Positions 38,698 to 48,069 of a stretch of 64,000 nt of DNA are shown here, in pieces. The position numbers and the translations under genes were made by a program. The stretch is from Truepera sp. (GTDB taxonomy: Bacteria > Deinococcota > Deinococci > Deinococcales > Trueperaceae). The number at the start of each line of letters is the position of its first letter. Positions within the stretch are counted from its first letter, which is position 1. The DNA is taken from contig CBDCKW010000009.1 in NCBI GenBank assembly GCA_965218435.1, forward strand, positions 1,504,001 through 1,568,000, given 5' to 3'. Under the pieces are notes generated by a model. It was not told the origin of the DNA. It made no database searches and worked only from the letters and a program-made list of their open reading frames with translations.

Positions 38698-38750
38698 CAA
38701 AACCTTTCATAACGAAACCTTCATAGCAAAACCTTCACGTAAAACCTCCG
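38698..38750. repeat. Four imperfect tandem copies of AAACCTTCA (period about 13-14 nt) just upstream of the 38681 start
   Basis: caaaacctttcataacgaaaccttcatagcaaaaccttcacgtaaaacctccgc. Confidence 0.75.
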
Positions 38751-38834
38751 CTTACAGGCCACTTCTAAAGTTGGCAACTCGGACGGGCTACTGATACCGG
38801 TCACCTTAGAGGCGAGGGGCGCGCTCGAGATTGG

Positions 38835-38858
38835 AACAAGGGATTGCAATCCCTTGTT
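38835..38858. repeat. Perfect 24-bp palindrome in an intergenic spacer
   Basis: AACAAGGGATTGCAATCCCTTGTT equals its own reverse complement. Confidence 0.9.
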
Positions 38859-38949
38859 GGTAAAAAAGCATGTCTGCGACCTCGGTACGGATTATCACTG
38901 AAAACACCCCCTCGCGCCCGGCCCTCCAAGCTCTCACCCTCGCTAGACC

Positions 38950-40935
38950 CTAGTCCTTGACCGCGCCCGCCGTCAAACCTGAGACGAGCCAACGCTGCAA
39001 AAAGGTGAAAAACAAGGCGACCGGCAGCGAGACGATGACGCCTGCGGCCATCGTCAGGTTCCAGCGCACGGTGAACTCGGTGCGAAAGTCTTGGATACCG
39101 AGCGCCACTGTGCGCGTCAGCTCATTGGTCAAAACTGACGAAAACAGCACCTCGTTCCAGCCTCGAGTAAAAGCTAGAATAGCGATGGTGGCGATGCCCG
39201 GTACCGCCAGCGGCACGGTCACGCGCAAAAACGCCCCGAAGCGGCTCGAGCCGTCGATTTCGGCAGCTTCTTCCAAGTCGGCGGGCAAGCTGTCAATGTA
39301 GCCGCGCATCACCCAAACAGTAAAGGGCAACACCGCCGAGGTGTAAGCGAGGAGCATCAGCCCTAAATTGCCCCAGTAGACGTTTCTGCCGATAAAGCGG
39401 ACGTCCAAGCTCTCTAACAGCGGCGTGTTTTGCAGAGTGCTGAAGATGAGAAAAAAAGGTACCAGCAGCAGCACGCCGGGAAAGAGTTGAGTCGCGAGGA
39501 CGCTGCCGCCAAAAAAGCCGCGCCCGAAAAAGCGGAAGCGGCTGAACGCGTACCCAGCCATCGTAGCGACGACGACCGCCAGCGCCATCGAAACGAGCGA
39601 AAGCCCGAGGCTGTTACCGAAGTAGCGCAGGAGCGGTACCTGTTCCCAGACCTGCCGGTAATTTTCAAACGCCCAAACGGTCGGCAGCAGCGTCGTCCGC
39701 CGGATGTCGCTCTCGGTTTTAAGCGAGCTGATCACAAGCCAGTAGACCGGGAACAGCACGATAAAACCGTAGAACAACCCGCCGAGCAGCGTGAGGACCC
39801 GCTGCGCCGCGCGCTCCGCCAGGCCCAACAATAGCCGGATGAGAAGCACCACGCCGCCGACAAGCGCCAGCGCCGCCGCTAGGCGCAAAAGCTGCGTGCC
39901 CAACAAAAACGCGCCGAAAAGCCCGGCCAATCCTGCCAGCGCCCAGGTCCAGGGACTGCGTTTTAGGGAACGGCCCTGCTCGAGCGCCTGGGGCTGGGCC
40001 AGCCGCAGGTAGATGAAAGCGAACAGCAGCGCCAAGAGCGTCATCAAAATGGACATCGCCGCGCCGTAGCTAAAGCTGAAGTTATTAAACGACTGCTTCA
40101 AAATCTCGACCGATAGCAGCGACGACGCCGCCGGAATCTCGGTGTATTCGCCGCCCAGCATCACGTAAGGGGTCAGATAGTCGTTGTACGACCAGAGTGA
40201 ACTAAACAGAACGATCACCGCGCCGACCGAGCGCAGGTAGGGCAGGGTGATGTGGCTGAACTTCTGCCAGGTGGTCGCGCCGTCAACCGTCGCGGCTTCG
40301 TACAACGATGGGGGCACCGTCTGCAGCCCGGCCAAAAAGACGAGGTAAAAGAGCGGCCAACGCACCCACACGCTGCCCAGCAGGATGCTCCAAAAACTGT
40401 TGTTGCCGACGAGCCAAAAAACGGGTCCGTGAATCAGGCCGACTTTGGTCAATAGAGCGTTGATCACGCCGTCCGAGGTCAGCATAAAGCGGAGCGTGAT
40501 AAGCGACACGACGCTCGGCAAAATATAAGGGAGGAGCACCACGCCCTTAAAGACGAGCGCGCCGAAGAACTTACGGTTGGCGACCAGCGCCGCGCCCAGC
40601 CCCAGTGCGGCGCTCAACAGCACCGTGAGAAGCGTATACGACAGCGTCACGCTTAAAGACTGGGTAAACCCGAAACCCAAACTGTTAAGGGCTCGGGCGT
40701 ACTCTTGAAACCCGCTCCACTCGAGCTGAAAAAAAGGTTGGCTCAGCGTGAACTTGTTATACGTTTTGAAGCTGATGGCGACGCCCCACAGCATCGGCAC
40801 GAAAAAGATGACGAGCAGCCCCAGCACTGCGGGCAAAATCATCCAGTAGGCGAGCCGCCCGCGTGAGTTTTTGCGCGGCGCGGTCCGGGAACGCTGCGCT
40901 CGAGCCTTGCCTACCTTTGAAGCGGGATGTGCCAT
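38950..40935 (-). CDS. Fused carbohydrate ABC permease (MalF-type + MalG-type in one polypeptide)
   Basis: Two EAA loops (SLYEAATVDGA and DLEEAAEIDGS) in one open frame; GGAGG RBS before ATG 40935. Confidence 0.88.
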   Translation of the reverse strand: MAHPASKVGKARAQRSRTAPRKNSRGRLAYWMILPAVLGLLVIFFVPMLWGVAISFKTYNKFTLSQPFFQLEWSGFQEYARALNSLGFGFTQSLSVTLSYTLLTVLLSAALGLGAALVANRKFFGALVFKGVVLLPYILPSVVSLITLRFMLTSDGVINALLTKVGLIHGPVFWLVGNNSFWSILLGSVWVRWPLFYLVFLAGLQTVPPSLYEAATVDGATTWQKFSHITLPYLRSVGAVIVLFSSLWSYNDYLTPYVMLGGEYTEIPAASSLLSVEILKQSFNNFSFSYGAAMSILMTLLALLFAFIYLRLAQPQALEQGRSLKRSPWTWALAGLAGLFGAFLLGTQLLRLAAALALVGGVVLLIRLLLGLAERAAQRVLTLLGGLFYGFIVLFPVYWLVISSLKTESDIRRTTLLPTVWAFENYRQVWEQVPLLRYFGNSLGLSLVSMALAVVVATMAGYAFSRFRFFGRGFFGGSVLATQLFPGVLLLVPFFLIFSTLQNTPLLESLDVRFIGRNVYWGNLGLMLLAYTSAVLPFTVWVMRGYIDSLPADLEEAAEIDGSSRFGAFLRVTVPLAVPGIATIAILAFTRGWNEVLFSSVLTNELTRTVALGIQDFRTEFTVRWNLTMAAGVIVSLPVALFFTFLQRWLVSGLTAGAVKD

Positions 40936-40978
40936 AAGACCTCCGCGGGAGCGGCGCGAGTGCGCCGCTCCCGTCTTT

Positions 40979-42322
40979 CTACGGATTTGCGGGCGTGGGC
41001 CAGGGGCTGTTATACCCTTCGGGCGCGCCGCCCGCCGCGTCGAGCGCACGTTGGCCCTCGGCTTCGACCTCGGCAAGAATCTGCTCGACCGTTGCGTCGG
41101 TGTAGCTGCCGTCAATGATAGCGGCGTAGACGCGCGTCACGACCTCGGGAATGGTATCTTGAACGTCGCTCCAAGCCGGGTGGACGGGGAAGGTGCGGCC
41201 GACTTCGGTGGCCCTAGCCAGGGTCGTCCACAACTCGGGGTTGTTCTCGGGGGCGCTGTCCGCGAAGGTCGCCCGGACGACGGGGACGTGGCTGCCTAAG
41301 TTGGTGTTCAGTGCCTGGACGTCGGGTCGTTCCAAAAACGCGATCAGCTTGAGACTCGCGTCCGGCTGAGCGCCGCCCTCGAACACCATGAGGTTGGAGC
41401 CGCCCACGAAGTTCGACTGACAACGGCCGGCGGGCTCGAGCGCAAAGCCGAGCTTGTCTTTCATGGCCGTTATCTGTTCGGGTGTCGCCACACGGTTATA
41501 GTCCGAACCGAAGTACAAGGTAGCGATATTGCCGTCCCAAAAGCGGGGCAGCACGTCGTCGTAGGTCCACTCGGCGTTCTGCGGGGCCGCCACCCCGGTT
41601 TTAGCGACGAGGTCGGCGAAGAACTTTACTGCTTCAACGACTTCGGGCGCGGTCCAGGTAACTTTCGTCCCGTCGGGCGAGAGGATGTCGCCGCAATTTT
41701 GCCAGATAAACTCGCCCAGGTAGTGCCCGAAATCCTGACCCGGCAAGCCCATGACTGAGTCGAGTTCGGGGTGGGCGGCCTTAATTTTGACCCCACCGTC
41801 AACCAGGTCTTGCCAGGTTTTGGGGCCTTCCGGGTAGCCCACTTCGCCCCACAGGTCTTTGCGGTAGATGAGGATGCGGGGATCGCTAAACCAGGGTGCC
41901 GAGTAGGCTTTCCCGGCGTAGCCGACGGTTTGCAGGGCGGAGGCAAAAAAGGTGTCGCGGGCCGGAAGGCTGCCTCCGTAGTCGCTCGTCAGCTCGACAA
42001 AGCCGCCGGTCGCCTGAAAACCGGGCACGCGGGTGGTACCCACTTGCGTCACGTCCGGGCCTTGACCCGACATCACGGCCGTCGAGATGCGCTGCACGGC
42101 GTCACCCCAAGGCACGAACTCGTATTCGACGCTCATGCCGGTCTCTTTTTGAAACATGGGCAAAACGGTGTCTAAATAGCTGACGTCGCTCTCTGAGCCG
42201 CTGCCCATGACCCACAGGCTCAAGGAGTTGGCAGCTTGGGCGTTTACTTGCGTGTAGAGAACCAGTGCCAGGGCTGCGAGTACGGTTTTGACGCTCTTTC
42301 GGGTTGACGGTTTGGAGTTCAT
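40979..42322 (-). CDS. Carbohydrate ABC transporter substrate-binding protein
   Basis: AAGGAGG RBS; signal peptide; GPDVTQVG, PW..DPR.LIYRKDL, PKTW, GGSNL. Confidence 0.9.
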   Translation of the reverse strand: MNSKPSTRKSVKTVLAALALVLYTQVNAQAANSLSLWVMGSGSESDVSYLDTVLPMFQKETGMSVEYEFVPWGDAVQRISTAVMSGQGPDVTQVGTTRVPGFQATGGFVELTSDYGGSLPARDTFFASALQTVGYAGKAYSAPWFSDPRILIYRKDLWGEVGYPEGPKTWQDLVDGGVKIKAAHPELDSVMGLPGQDFGHYLGEFIWQNCGDILSPDGTKVTWTAPEVVEAVKFFADLVAKTGVAAPQNAEWTYDDVLPRFWDGNIATLYFGSDYNRVATPEQITAMKDKLGFALEPAGRCQSNFVGGSNLMVFEGGAQPDASLKLIAFLERPDVQALNTNLGSHVPVVRATFADSAPENNPELWTTLARATEVGRTFPVHPAWSDVQDTIPEVVTRVYAAIIDGSYTDATVEQILAEVEAEGQRALDAAGGAPEGYNSPWPTPANP

Positions 42323-42358
42323 CCTAGCCTCCTTTAAGGCTTTTATCTACCTTGTTGT

Positions 42359-42374
42359 GGCCCCTTCGGGGGCC
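42359..42374 (-). terminator. Intercistronic hairpin between the LacI gene and the SBP gene
   Basis: GGCCCC-TTCG-GGGGCC; no strong U-tract on the minus strand. Confidence 0.4.
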
Positions 42375-42386
42375 GTAGTGACCGGA

Positions 42387-43400
42387 TCACGTGACCGAAT
42401 CACGCACGACGAGTTGCGGCTCAAAACACTGGTTCACCTCCTCACTGCTCATACCGAGAACCTTGAGCGCGAGCTGAGCGGCGGCGACGCCCATCTCGCG
42501 GATGGGTTGGTAAACGGTGGTGAGCGCAGGCCGGAGATAGGGCGCGTTCGAGGCGTCGTCGTAGCCGACGACCGACACATCCTCGGGTACCCTGAGACCT
42601 TCGCTGCGGAAGCGCTCGAGCACGCCCTCGGCCATGCGGTCGTTCGCCACGAACAGGCCGCCCTGCGAGAAACCCCGTGCGAGCAGCGTGCCTGCCGCCG
42701 CGAAGCCGCCCTGCTTGCTAAAATCCCCCTCGACGATGAGGTTTGAGACGCCCAGCCCCGCGTCGCTGAGGGCTTGCCGGTAGCCCGTAAGCCGGTCGCG
42801 GGCGGCGCGGTGGCCCAGGGGACCCGAAATGTGCGCGACCCGGCGGTGGCCGTGCTCGAGCAGGTGCCGGGTCGCCAAGCTGCCGCCCAAAACGTCGTCG
42901 AGCGTGACGCAGCGGGGCTCTAAGCCGGGTACCCTGTGACCGACCACGATGATGGGCCGGTCGGCACGGCTGAGTTCGACCAGGCTTTCGTCGGAGGTCG
43001 CGCTCAAGCTGACGATGAGGGCGTCGCAGTGGCGCTCGAGCAAAAACTCAGTGGCGGCGCGCTCACTGTCCGCTTCTCCGCGGCCGCTCGAGACCATCAG
43101 GTGCATCCCCGCGTCGCCCATCACGCTCTCAATACCGCTCAGCAGCCTGCCGTTAAAGGAATTATGAAGCGCCTTAACAACCACGCCGACGCCGCCGCTA
43201 CGGTTGACGCGCAGGCCGCGCGCCAGCAAGTTGGGTTTGTAATCTAGCGCCGCGACTGCGGCCAACACGCGCTTTCTGGCCTCTTTACCGACGCGCGTGC
43301 TGCCCTCGGCTCGGCCGCTTAAGACGATGGAGACGACCGCCGGTGAAACCCCGGCGAGCCGGGCCACATCAACCTGACGGGGCCTAACTCGGCTGCTCAC
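42387..43400 (-). CDS. LacI family transcriptional regulator
   Basis: DVARLAGVSPAVVS.VL, YKPNLLARGL, GHRRVAHI, ND.MA.G, VPEDVSVVGYDD, LTTV.QP, RDS. Confidence 0.95.
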   Translation of the reverse strand: MSSRVRPRQVDVARLAGVSPAVVSIVLSGRAEGSTRVGKEARKRVLAAVAALDYKPNLLARGLRVNRSGGVGVVVKALHNSFNGRLLSGIESVMGDAGMHLMVSSGRGEADSERAATEFLLERHCDALIVSLSATSDESLVELSRADRPIIVVGHRVPGLEPRCVTLDDVLGGSLATRHLLEHGHRRVAHISGPLGHRAARDRLTGYRQALSDAGLGVSNLIVEGDFSKQGGFAAAGTLLARGFSQGGLFVANDRMAEGVLERFRSEGLRVPEDVSVVGYDDASNAPYLRPALTTVYQPIREMGVAAAQLALKVLGMSSEEVNQCFEPQLVVRDSVT

Positions 43401-43475
43401 CTTTTTTTCACCAAAGCACCTCTTTTTTCACTAGAGCACCTCAGTCTCTGCAGCACTTCTTCTGTCCGAGGATGA

Positions 43476-43530
43476 TTAAACGATTAACTAGAGTGGTCCG
43501 AGTCTAACGGTTGGGTGAGAATTTTGTCAA
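43476..43530 (-). promoter_or_regulatory. Sigma70-type promoter of the LacI/uronate operon with a downstream LacI-type operator
   Basis: Minus strand TTGACA (43530-43525), 18 nt, TAGACT (43506-43501); imperfect CG-centred palindrome TTAAACGATTAA at 43476-43487. Confidence 0.65.
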
Positions 43531-43836
43531 GTACCTGGTTAGGTGGCGCTTCTGCAAATTATTAAATTTTCTGCAAAGTAATGAGAAAAACGGCTACGTT
43601 TTTCGTTCAAGACAAGACGGCTAGGCCCTTAAGCCTCGCAAGCAGATTCTTGCTGTACAGCACGCTATAAAACATACTTTTGCGGGTTTATTACGCAGAA
43701 CATTTAGTGTGAATAAGGAGTCGCACCAATTGTAAAACAAACCGGGAAGGTGTTGCAAAGGATGTGCGGGACGGGAAAACTGATAAATTGAGGGCGACAG
43801 TTAAAACTCATTTAGGTTGGGTATTTGTTAGCTGTA

Positions 43837-44079
43837 CGCTGCGCCGGCTCCGGCGAAAAGCAGCGGTCGGGCGACCGGATAACCTTGGCGGTGGTCATAA
43901 CGTCTCCTATTCCAGACAAGTAACCTGCGCCGCTAGGGTCCCTGCCGGGGCCAGGGAACACAGCGTGTGACCTCGGGGAAAAGTACCACGTCAGTACACC
44001 CCTCGAGAACAAAGGGCGTGACGTCTCCTGCCAGGTACCGACAGGCAACCGCAAGGGTTTTACCAGTGACGCACACATC
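43837..44079 (-). pseudogene. Diverged duplicate fragment of the PRTase 3' end, spacer and uxaC 5' end (copy of approx. 33058-33303)
   Basis: Colinear match, e.g. cagcggtcgggcgaccgg...ttggcggtggtcataacgtctcct.ttccagacaagt.acctgcgcc...gtgacctcggggaaaagtac...caggcaaccgcaag...gtgacgcacac; encodes MTTAKVIRSPDRCFSPEPAQR and then breaks off. Confidence 0.85.
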
Positions 44080-44253
44080 GGTAACGGCTCTAGAACCCAG
44101 CTTAATGGCCCTTTAGCTCGGCCAAATCCTTCTAACTTCCAAGTAACTGCAAGCCTAACGTTCACCAGCTGCCTACAGCTGGCTGACCGACGTCTTCGGC
44201 TCGTTGTGAAACGGGTTGGCGTATAAACCGGTTAAGGATCGTCTCAGCGCCTT

Positions 44254-44715
44254 CTACCAACCAGCGCCAAGGAGCCGCCGCGTGTTCTCATCGGGTTGAC
44301 CCCCGCACCAGCGGCCCAGCGCACGCTGAAACAGGTCATCGCCAGGGGCAGCCAAGCTAAAAAGGGTCACCGAAGAGCAAAACTTTAGGTCGTCCGGCGA
44401 GCCGAACAGCTCGCGCAACGAAGCCGTGCGGCTCGCCAAGACAGCCTCGGTGCAGCGCACCAAACGTGGGCCGAGCAGCGGGTGCTCCAAATAAGCCTGC
44501 GCCTCATCAAGCGAGGCGATTCCGTAAAACTGAGCGGTGGCAGAGTGGCCCAAGCCCCTCAGTTGCGGAAAGACGAACCACATCCAGTGACTCTGCTTGT
44601 GCCCGCCCTCGAGCTCTCTAAGCACTGTGTCAAATACGGGAGCCTGAGCCGTAACAAAGCGTTCCAGGTTAAATGAGTCGGTGTTAGAATTGGGGTTAAA
44701 GGAGTCGGTCGGCAT
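44254..44715 (-). CDS. DUF1810 family protein
   Basis: LERFVTAQ, ELEGGHKQSHWMWFVFPQL.GLG.S, YLEHPLLG.RL, FGSPDDLKFCSS.TLF; GGAGAGG RBS before ATG 44715. Confidence 0.88.
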   Translation of the reverse strand: MPTDSFNPNSNTDSFNLERFVTAQAPVFDTVLRELEGGHKQSHWMWFVFPQLRGLGHSATAQFYGIASLDEAQAYLEHPLLGPRLVRCTEAVLASRTASLRELFGSPDDLKFCSSVTLFSLAAPGDDLFQRALGRWCGGQPDENTRRLLGAGW

Positions 44716-44848
44716 AGTGGGCGTCCTCTCCAGCTGACTGTAGCTCGTTACTGAAGACGGCAACTTCGGCAAACTCTACACTTCAGTTTAGCGGAGGTTG
44801 ACTTCAGGCCGGGTCGGTACAGCCGGACGTGCTATTTTAGGCTGCAGT

Positions 44849-45622
44849 ATGCCCACCGAAACAGAAATTGACCTCAACGCCGACAGCGGCGAATCGTTCG
44901 GTGCGTGGCGGCTGGGCCACGATGACGAACTCGTGCCGCTGCTCAGCTCGGTCAATCTGGCCTGCGGGTTTCATGCAGGCGACCCAAAGACGATGCAGAA
45001 AAGCGTCGCCTTAGCAGTTAAAAACGGGGTAGCTGTCGGCGCACATCCGGGATTTCCCGACCTGCCGGGTTTCGGCCGCCGTGAGCTGGCCGCGTCTCCC
45101 GAAGAGGTTTACGCCGACGTCCTCTATCAAGTGGGTGCGCTCAGCGCGTTTTTACGTCTTTACGGGCGGACCCTGCATCACGTCAAGGCGCACGGGGCGC
45201 TCTATCTCAAAATGCTCGTAGACGCGCCGACAGCGGCGGCGGTAGCGGCAGCCGTCAGCGATTTTGACCCGGCGTTGCCGCTCGTGGTGCTCGCCGGACC
45301 GGGGGGCGAACTGATGGCGGACGCTGCGCGCGCGGCAGGGCTGCGGGCGGTGCTCGAGGCGTTCCCTGACCGCGGCTACTTGGATGATGGTCGGCTCGCG
45401 CCGCGCTCGGAACCGGGAGCCGTGATTCACGACCCGCTCGAGGTCGCCGCGCGTGCGCTTACGGTGGCCCGTGACGGCGTGGTGACCTCACTTTCGGGTA
45501 AACGCCTCGAGCTGAGCGCACAGACGCTTTGCCTGCACGGTGACGCGCCGCACGCGCCCGCCGCCGCCAAAGCGGTAAGGCGAGCCCTGAGCGACGCAAG
45601 TATCACCGTGCAGGCTTTTTGA
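44849..45622 (+). CDS. pxpA: 5-oxoprolinase subunit A (LamB/YcsF family)
   Basis: IDLNADSGESFG, NLACGFHAGDP, GAHPGFPDL.GFGRR, HVKAHGALY, EAFPDRGY, TLCLHGD. Confidence 0.92.
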   Translation: MPTETEIDLNADSGESFGAWRLGHDDELVPLLSSVNLACGFHAGDPKTMQKSVALAVKNGVAVGAHPGFPDLPGFGRRELAASPEEVYADVLYQVGALSAFLRLYGRTLHHVKAHGALYLKMLVDAPTAAAVAAAVSDFDPALPLVVLAGPGGELMADAARAAGLRAVLEAFPDRGYLDDGRLAPRSEPGAVIHDPLEVAARALTVARDGVVTSLSGKRLELSAQTLCLHGDAPHAPAAAKAVRRALSDASITVQAF

Positions 45623-45632
45623 AACTTTACTG

Positions 45633-47132
45633 ATGCTGGCCGGATTCTATCTGCGGTTTGGAACCACGCTCGACGAGTCGGTCAACCGGCGTCTTCAGGG
45701 TCTGGCGCAGGCAATCCTCCGCGCGCCGCACCCAGCCCTGACCGACGTCATCCCCGGTTACAGCACGCTGTACCTCGAGTACGACCGCACCCGGCTCAGC
45801 GAGACCAGCTTACGGCGTTGGTTGGAAAAGCTGGGTGAAACCGAGCCCGCTCCGGGGCGGCAGCTCGTCATCCCGGTCTATTATGATGGCCCCGACTTAC
45901 ACGAAGTGGCTGAGCGCACCGGCCTCAGCGTAGCCGACATGGTCGCCCGCCACAGCGCCCGCGAGTATCACGTCTACGCCCTCGGCTTTACGCCGGGGCT
46001 CGCGTTTATGGGTGAGTTAGAGACAGCCTTACACCTCCCGCGCCGCGCCGCGCTACGTGCTCATGTCCCTGCGCAAAGCGTCGCCGTCGCCAACGCTCAG
46101 ACAACCGTCTATCCGGTCTCGTCGCCGGGGGGTTGGCACTTGCTGGGGCGGACGACCGAACCAGTTTATAACCCGACCGCGCAAGACCCTTTTTTGTTTC
46201 GTGCGGGTGACCGGGTACGGTTTCAGCCCGTTCCTGACGAGCCCGCCGAAGTGCCCACCGAAGTAGCCGGAGCGGTACTCGAGCTCTTACCTCAAACACC
46301 GCGCTATCCGCTCTTAAAAGTTATTAAACCCGGTTTGCTCGAGCTGGTCGTTGACCGGGGCCGTTTTATGGCTGGACGGTTCGGCTTGGCCCGGAGCGGC
46401 CCCCTCGACGCTGCGGCGGCGGCGCGGGCCAACCGGCTGGTGGGGAACGGTGCAGCTGCGGCGCTCGTTGAAATCAACCTTCAGGGTGGCGTCTACGAGG
46501 CCGTGGCGGACGGCGTGCTAGCTTTTACCGGCGGCGGACTGCAGGCGCAGCTTAGCGGAAAAAAGCTCCCGCCGGACTCGAGTTTTGCCGTTCGCCGGGG
46601 TGAGCTTTTGAGCTTTCGCCCTGTTTCAGCAGGAAGTCGCGGGTATCTGGCGCTGGCCGGGGGGCTCGAGTCCGAATTGTTCCGGGGCAGTGCGTCGGTT
46701 GATCTGCGCGGGCGGATCGGTCGGGCACTCCGCACAGGAGACGTGCTCGGGGCCGTACGCCCTCAGTTTGCCAGAGCGGGACGGACATTTTCACCGTACC
46801 AGATTGGTGAACGGGCCTTACGGCTGCTGCCGGGTCCACAACCCTCGCCAGAGGCACTTTCGGCGCTGACCCGGCAGAGTTTTACCGTCGGCCGCGCCGA
46901 CCGGATGGGGATACAGCTTTTGGGAGGGAATGTTCCCGGCGGCGAAGTTCTCTCCGAGGCGGTGCCGCTCGGCAGCGTGCAGGTGCCCCCGGGCGGCACG
47001 CCGCTGCTGCTCTTAAACGACCGCGGGACGCTGGGCGGTTACGCCAAACCTGCGCTGCTACACCCGGCCGACCTGCCGTGCGCCGCGCAGTTAAGGCCGG
47101 GACAAACGGTTCGGTTTAAGCTAGCCGGATGA
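45633..47132 (+). CDS. Fused 5-oxoprolinase subunits B and C (PxpB-PxpC; allophanate hydrolase subunit 1/2-like)
   Basis: N-half DVIPGYS, YDGPDL, LGFTPG, SPGGWHLLGRT; C-half DRGR, SGPLD, ANRLVGN, DRMG, GSVQVP, TLGGY. Confidence 0.88.
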   Translation: MLAGFYLRFGTTLDESVNRRLQGLAQAILRAPHPALTDVIPGYSTLYLEYDRTRLSETSLRRWLEKLGETEPAPGRQLVIPVYYDGPDLHEVAERTGLSVADMVARHSAREYHVYALGFTPGLAFMGELETALHLPRRAALRAHVPAQSVAVANAQTTVYPVSSPGGWHLLGRTTEPVYNPTAQDPFLFRAGDRVRFQPVPDEPAEVPTEVAGAVLELLPQTPRYPLLKVIKPGLLELVVDRGRFMAGRFGLARSGPLDAAAAARANRLVGNGAAAALVEINLQGGVYEAVADGVLAFTGGGLQAQLSGKKLPPDSSFAVRRGELLSFRPVSAGSRGYLALAGGLESELFRGSASVDLRGRIGRALRTGDVLGAVRPQFARAGRTFSPYQIGERALRLLPGPQPSPEALSALTRQSFTVGRADRMGIQLLGGNVPGGEVLSEAVPLGSVQVPPGGTPLLLLNDRGTLGGYAKPALLHPADLPCAAQLRPGQTVRFKLAG

Positions 47133-47845
47133 AGTTCAATATTCCTATTTATAACGACGCCGGACGCCGCGAGTTAGCCGCCTTAAAAACGTTTTTAAGA
47201 CCGGCGGACACGCTGATGCTCGTTTCCGGGAACGTTGACAAAACGTTAGACGTTGCGTGGCTGCGTGCTGTTATTGCAGAACTCACGGCTGAGTATCCGC
47301 AGCGCATCTTGCTGGCAACCGCGGGGCTGGCGAACGTAAAGCAGCTCGCCGCCGCCGAGCTCGGGGACGCCGGACTCGTCTATATCTACGAACCCGGCTT
47401 CGCCAACGTTCCGGAGTTTTCTTGGGACGCTGGCGTCACGCTCGGTAACCTGGTACGCGCAGCCGACCTCGTTCACGCTCGAGGGTTAGAGGTCGCCTTT
47501 AAGCCCACCGGACGCCCGCTGTTTCAACCGTATCTGCTAAAGCACGGCTGGAACTACGGCGCGTTTGCCGAACACGCTGACTTGTTATTGGTGCAGACGC
47601 AGACCTATTGTCACGCCGGAACCTTTGCCGGGGCTGCTGAAAAGTTAGGGCTCGAGTGTACCCGGCAGCTCAGCAAGACCTACGTCCAAATTACGCTCGA
47701 CCCCGCCGCACGTAACGGCGTCTCCCCCGAGGCTGCGGTGAGCTGCGCCCAAACTGCTGTAAGGTGCGGTTTTGCCGGAATTACAGTGTGGTGGTCGCCG
47801 CGCTTTACCGAGCAAACCGCCGAGTTTTTGAAATTGCGTCCTTAA
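47129..47845 (+). CDS. Hypothetical protein (possible TIM barrel), translationally coupled to pxpBC
   Basis: 238-aa ORF with ATGA overlap, alternating beta/alpha pattern; no family recognised. Confidence 0.7.
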   Translation: MKFNIPIYNDAGRRELAALKTFLRPADTLMLVSGNVDKTLDVAWLRAVIAELTAEYPQRILLATAGLANVKQLAAAELGDAGLVYIYEPGFANVPEFSWDAGVTLGNLVRAADLVHARGLEVAFKPTGRPLFQPYLLKHGWNYGAFAEHADLLLVQTQTYCHAGTFAGAAEKLGLECTRQLSKTYVQITLDPAARNGVSPEAAVSCAQTAVRCGFAGITVWWSPRFTEQTAEFLKLRP

Positions 47846-48069
47846 CGCTAAGACCTCTCTCTCACCGTTGGGGCCTAGGGGAGTTGTTTACTTTTGCCGC
47901 CACCTATTGAGTTTGGTACGGTCGTCACAGACGCAATCAGGTCGGCGGTAACAAAAGATTATTTTCACGATACCTCTGCTCGTGAAATTTTTAGCTCTTC
48001 GTTATTTTGAGACACCAACAGGGAAGCCGTTCACAGGCCATAATTAGAGGGTTAAGTGAGGGAGACCAA

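Noticed and set aside
38698..38750. Short repeats as a mini CRISPR array
   Set aside because: Units are about 9 nt with 4-5 nt spacing, far too short, and there are no cas genes
28701..41115. Long N-terminal extensions in the ORF track (28701, 31704, 33308, 36886, 41115; also 20888 and 7153)
   Set aside because: They overlap upstream genes or lack family-like sequence; internal ATGs with RBS or stop-start coupling fit better
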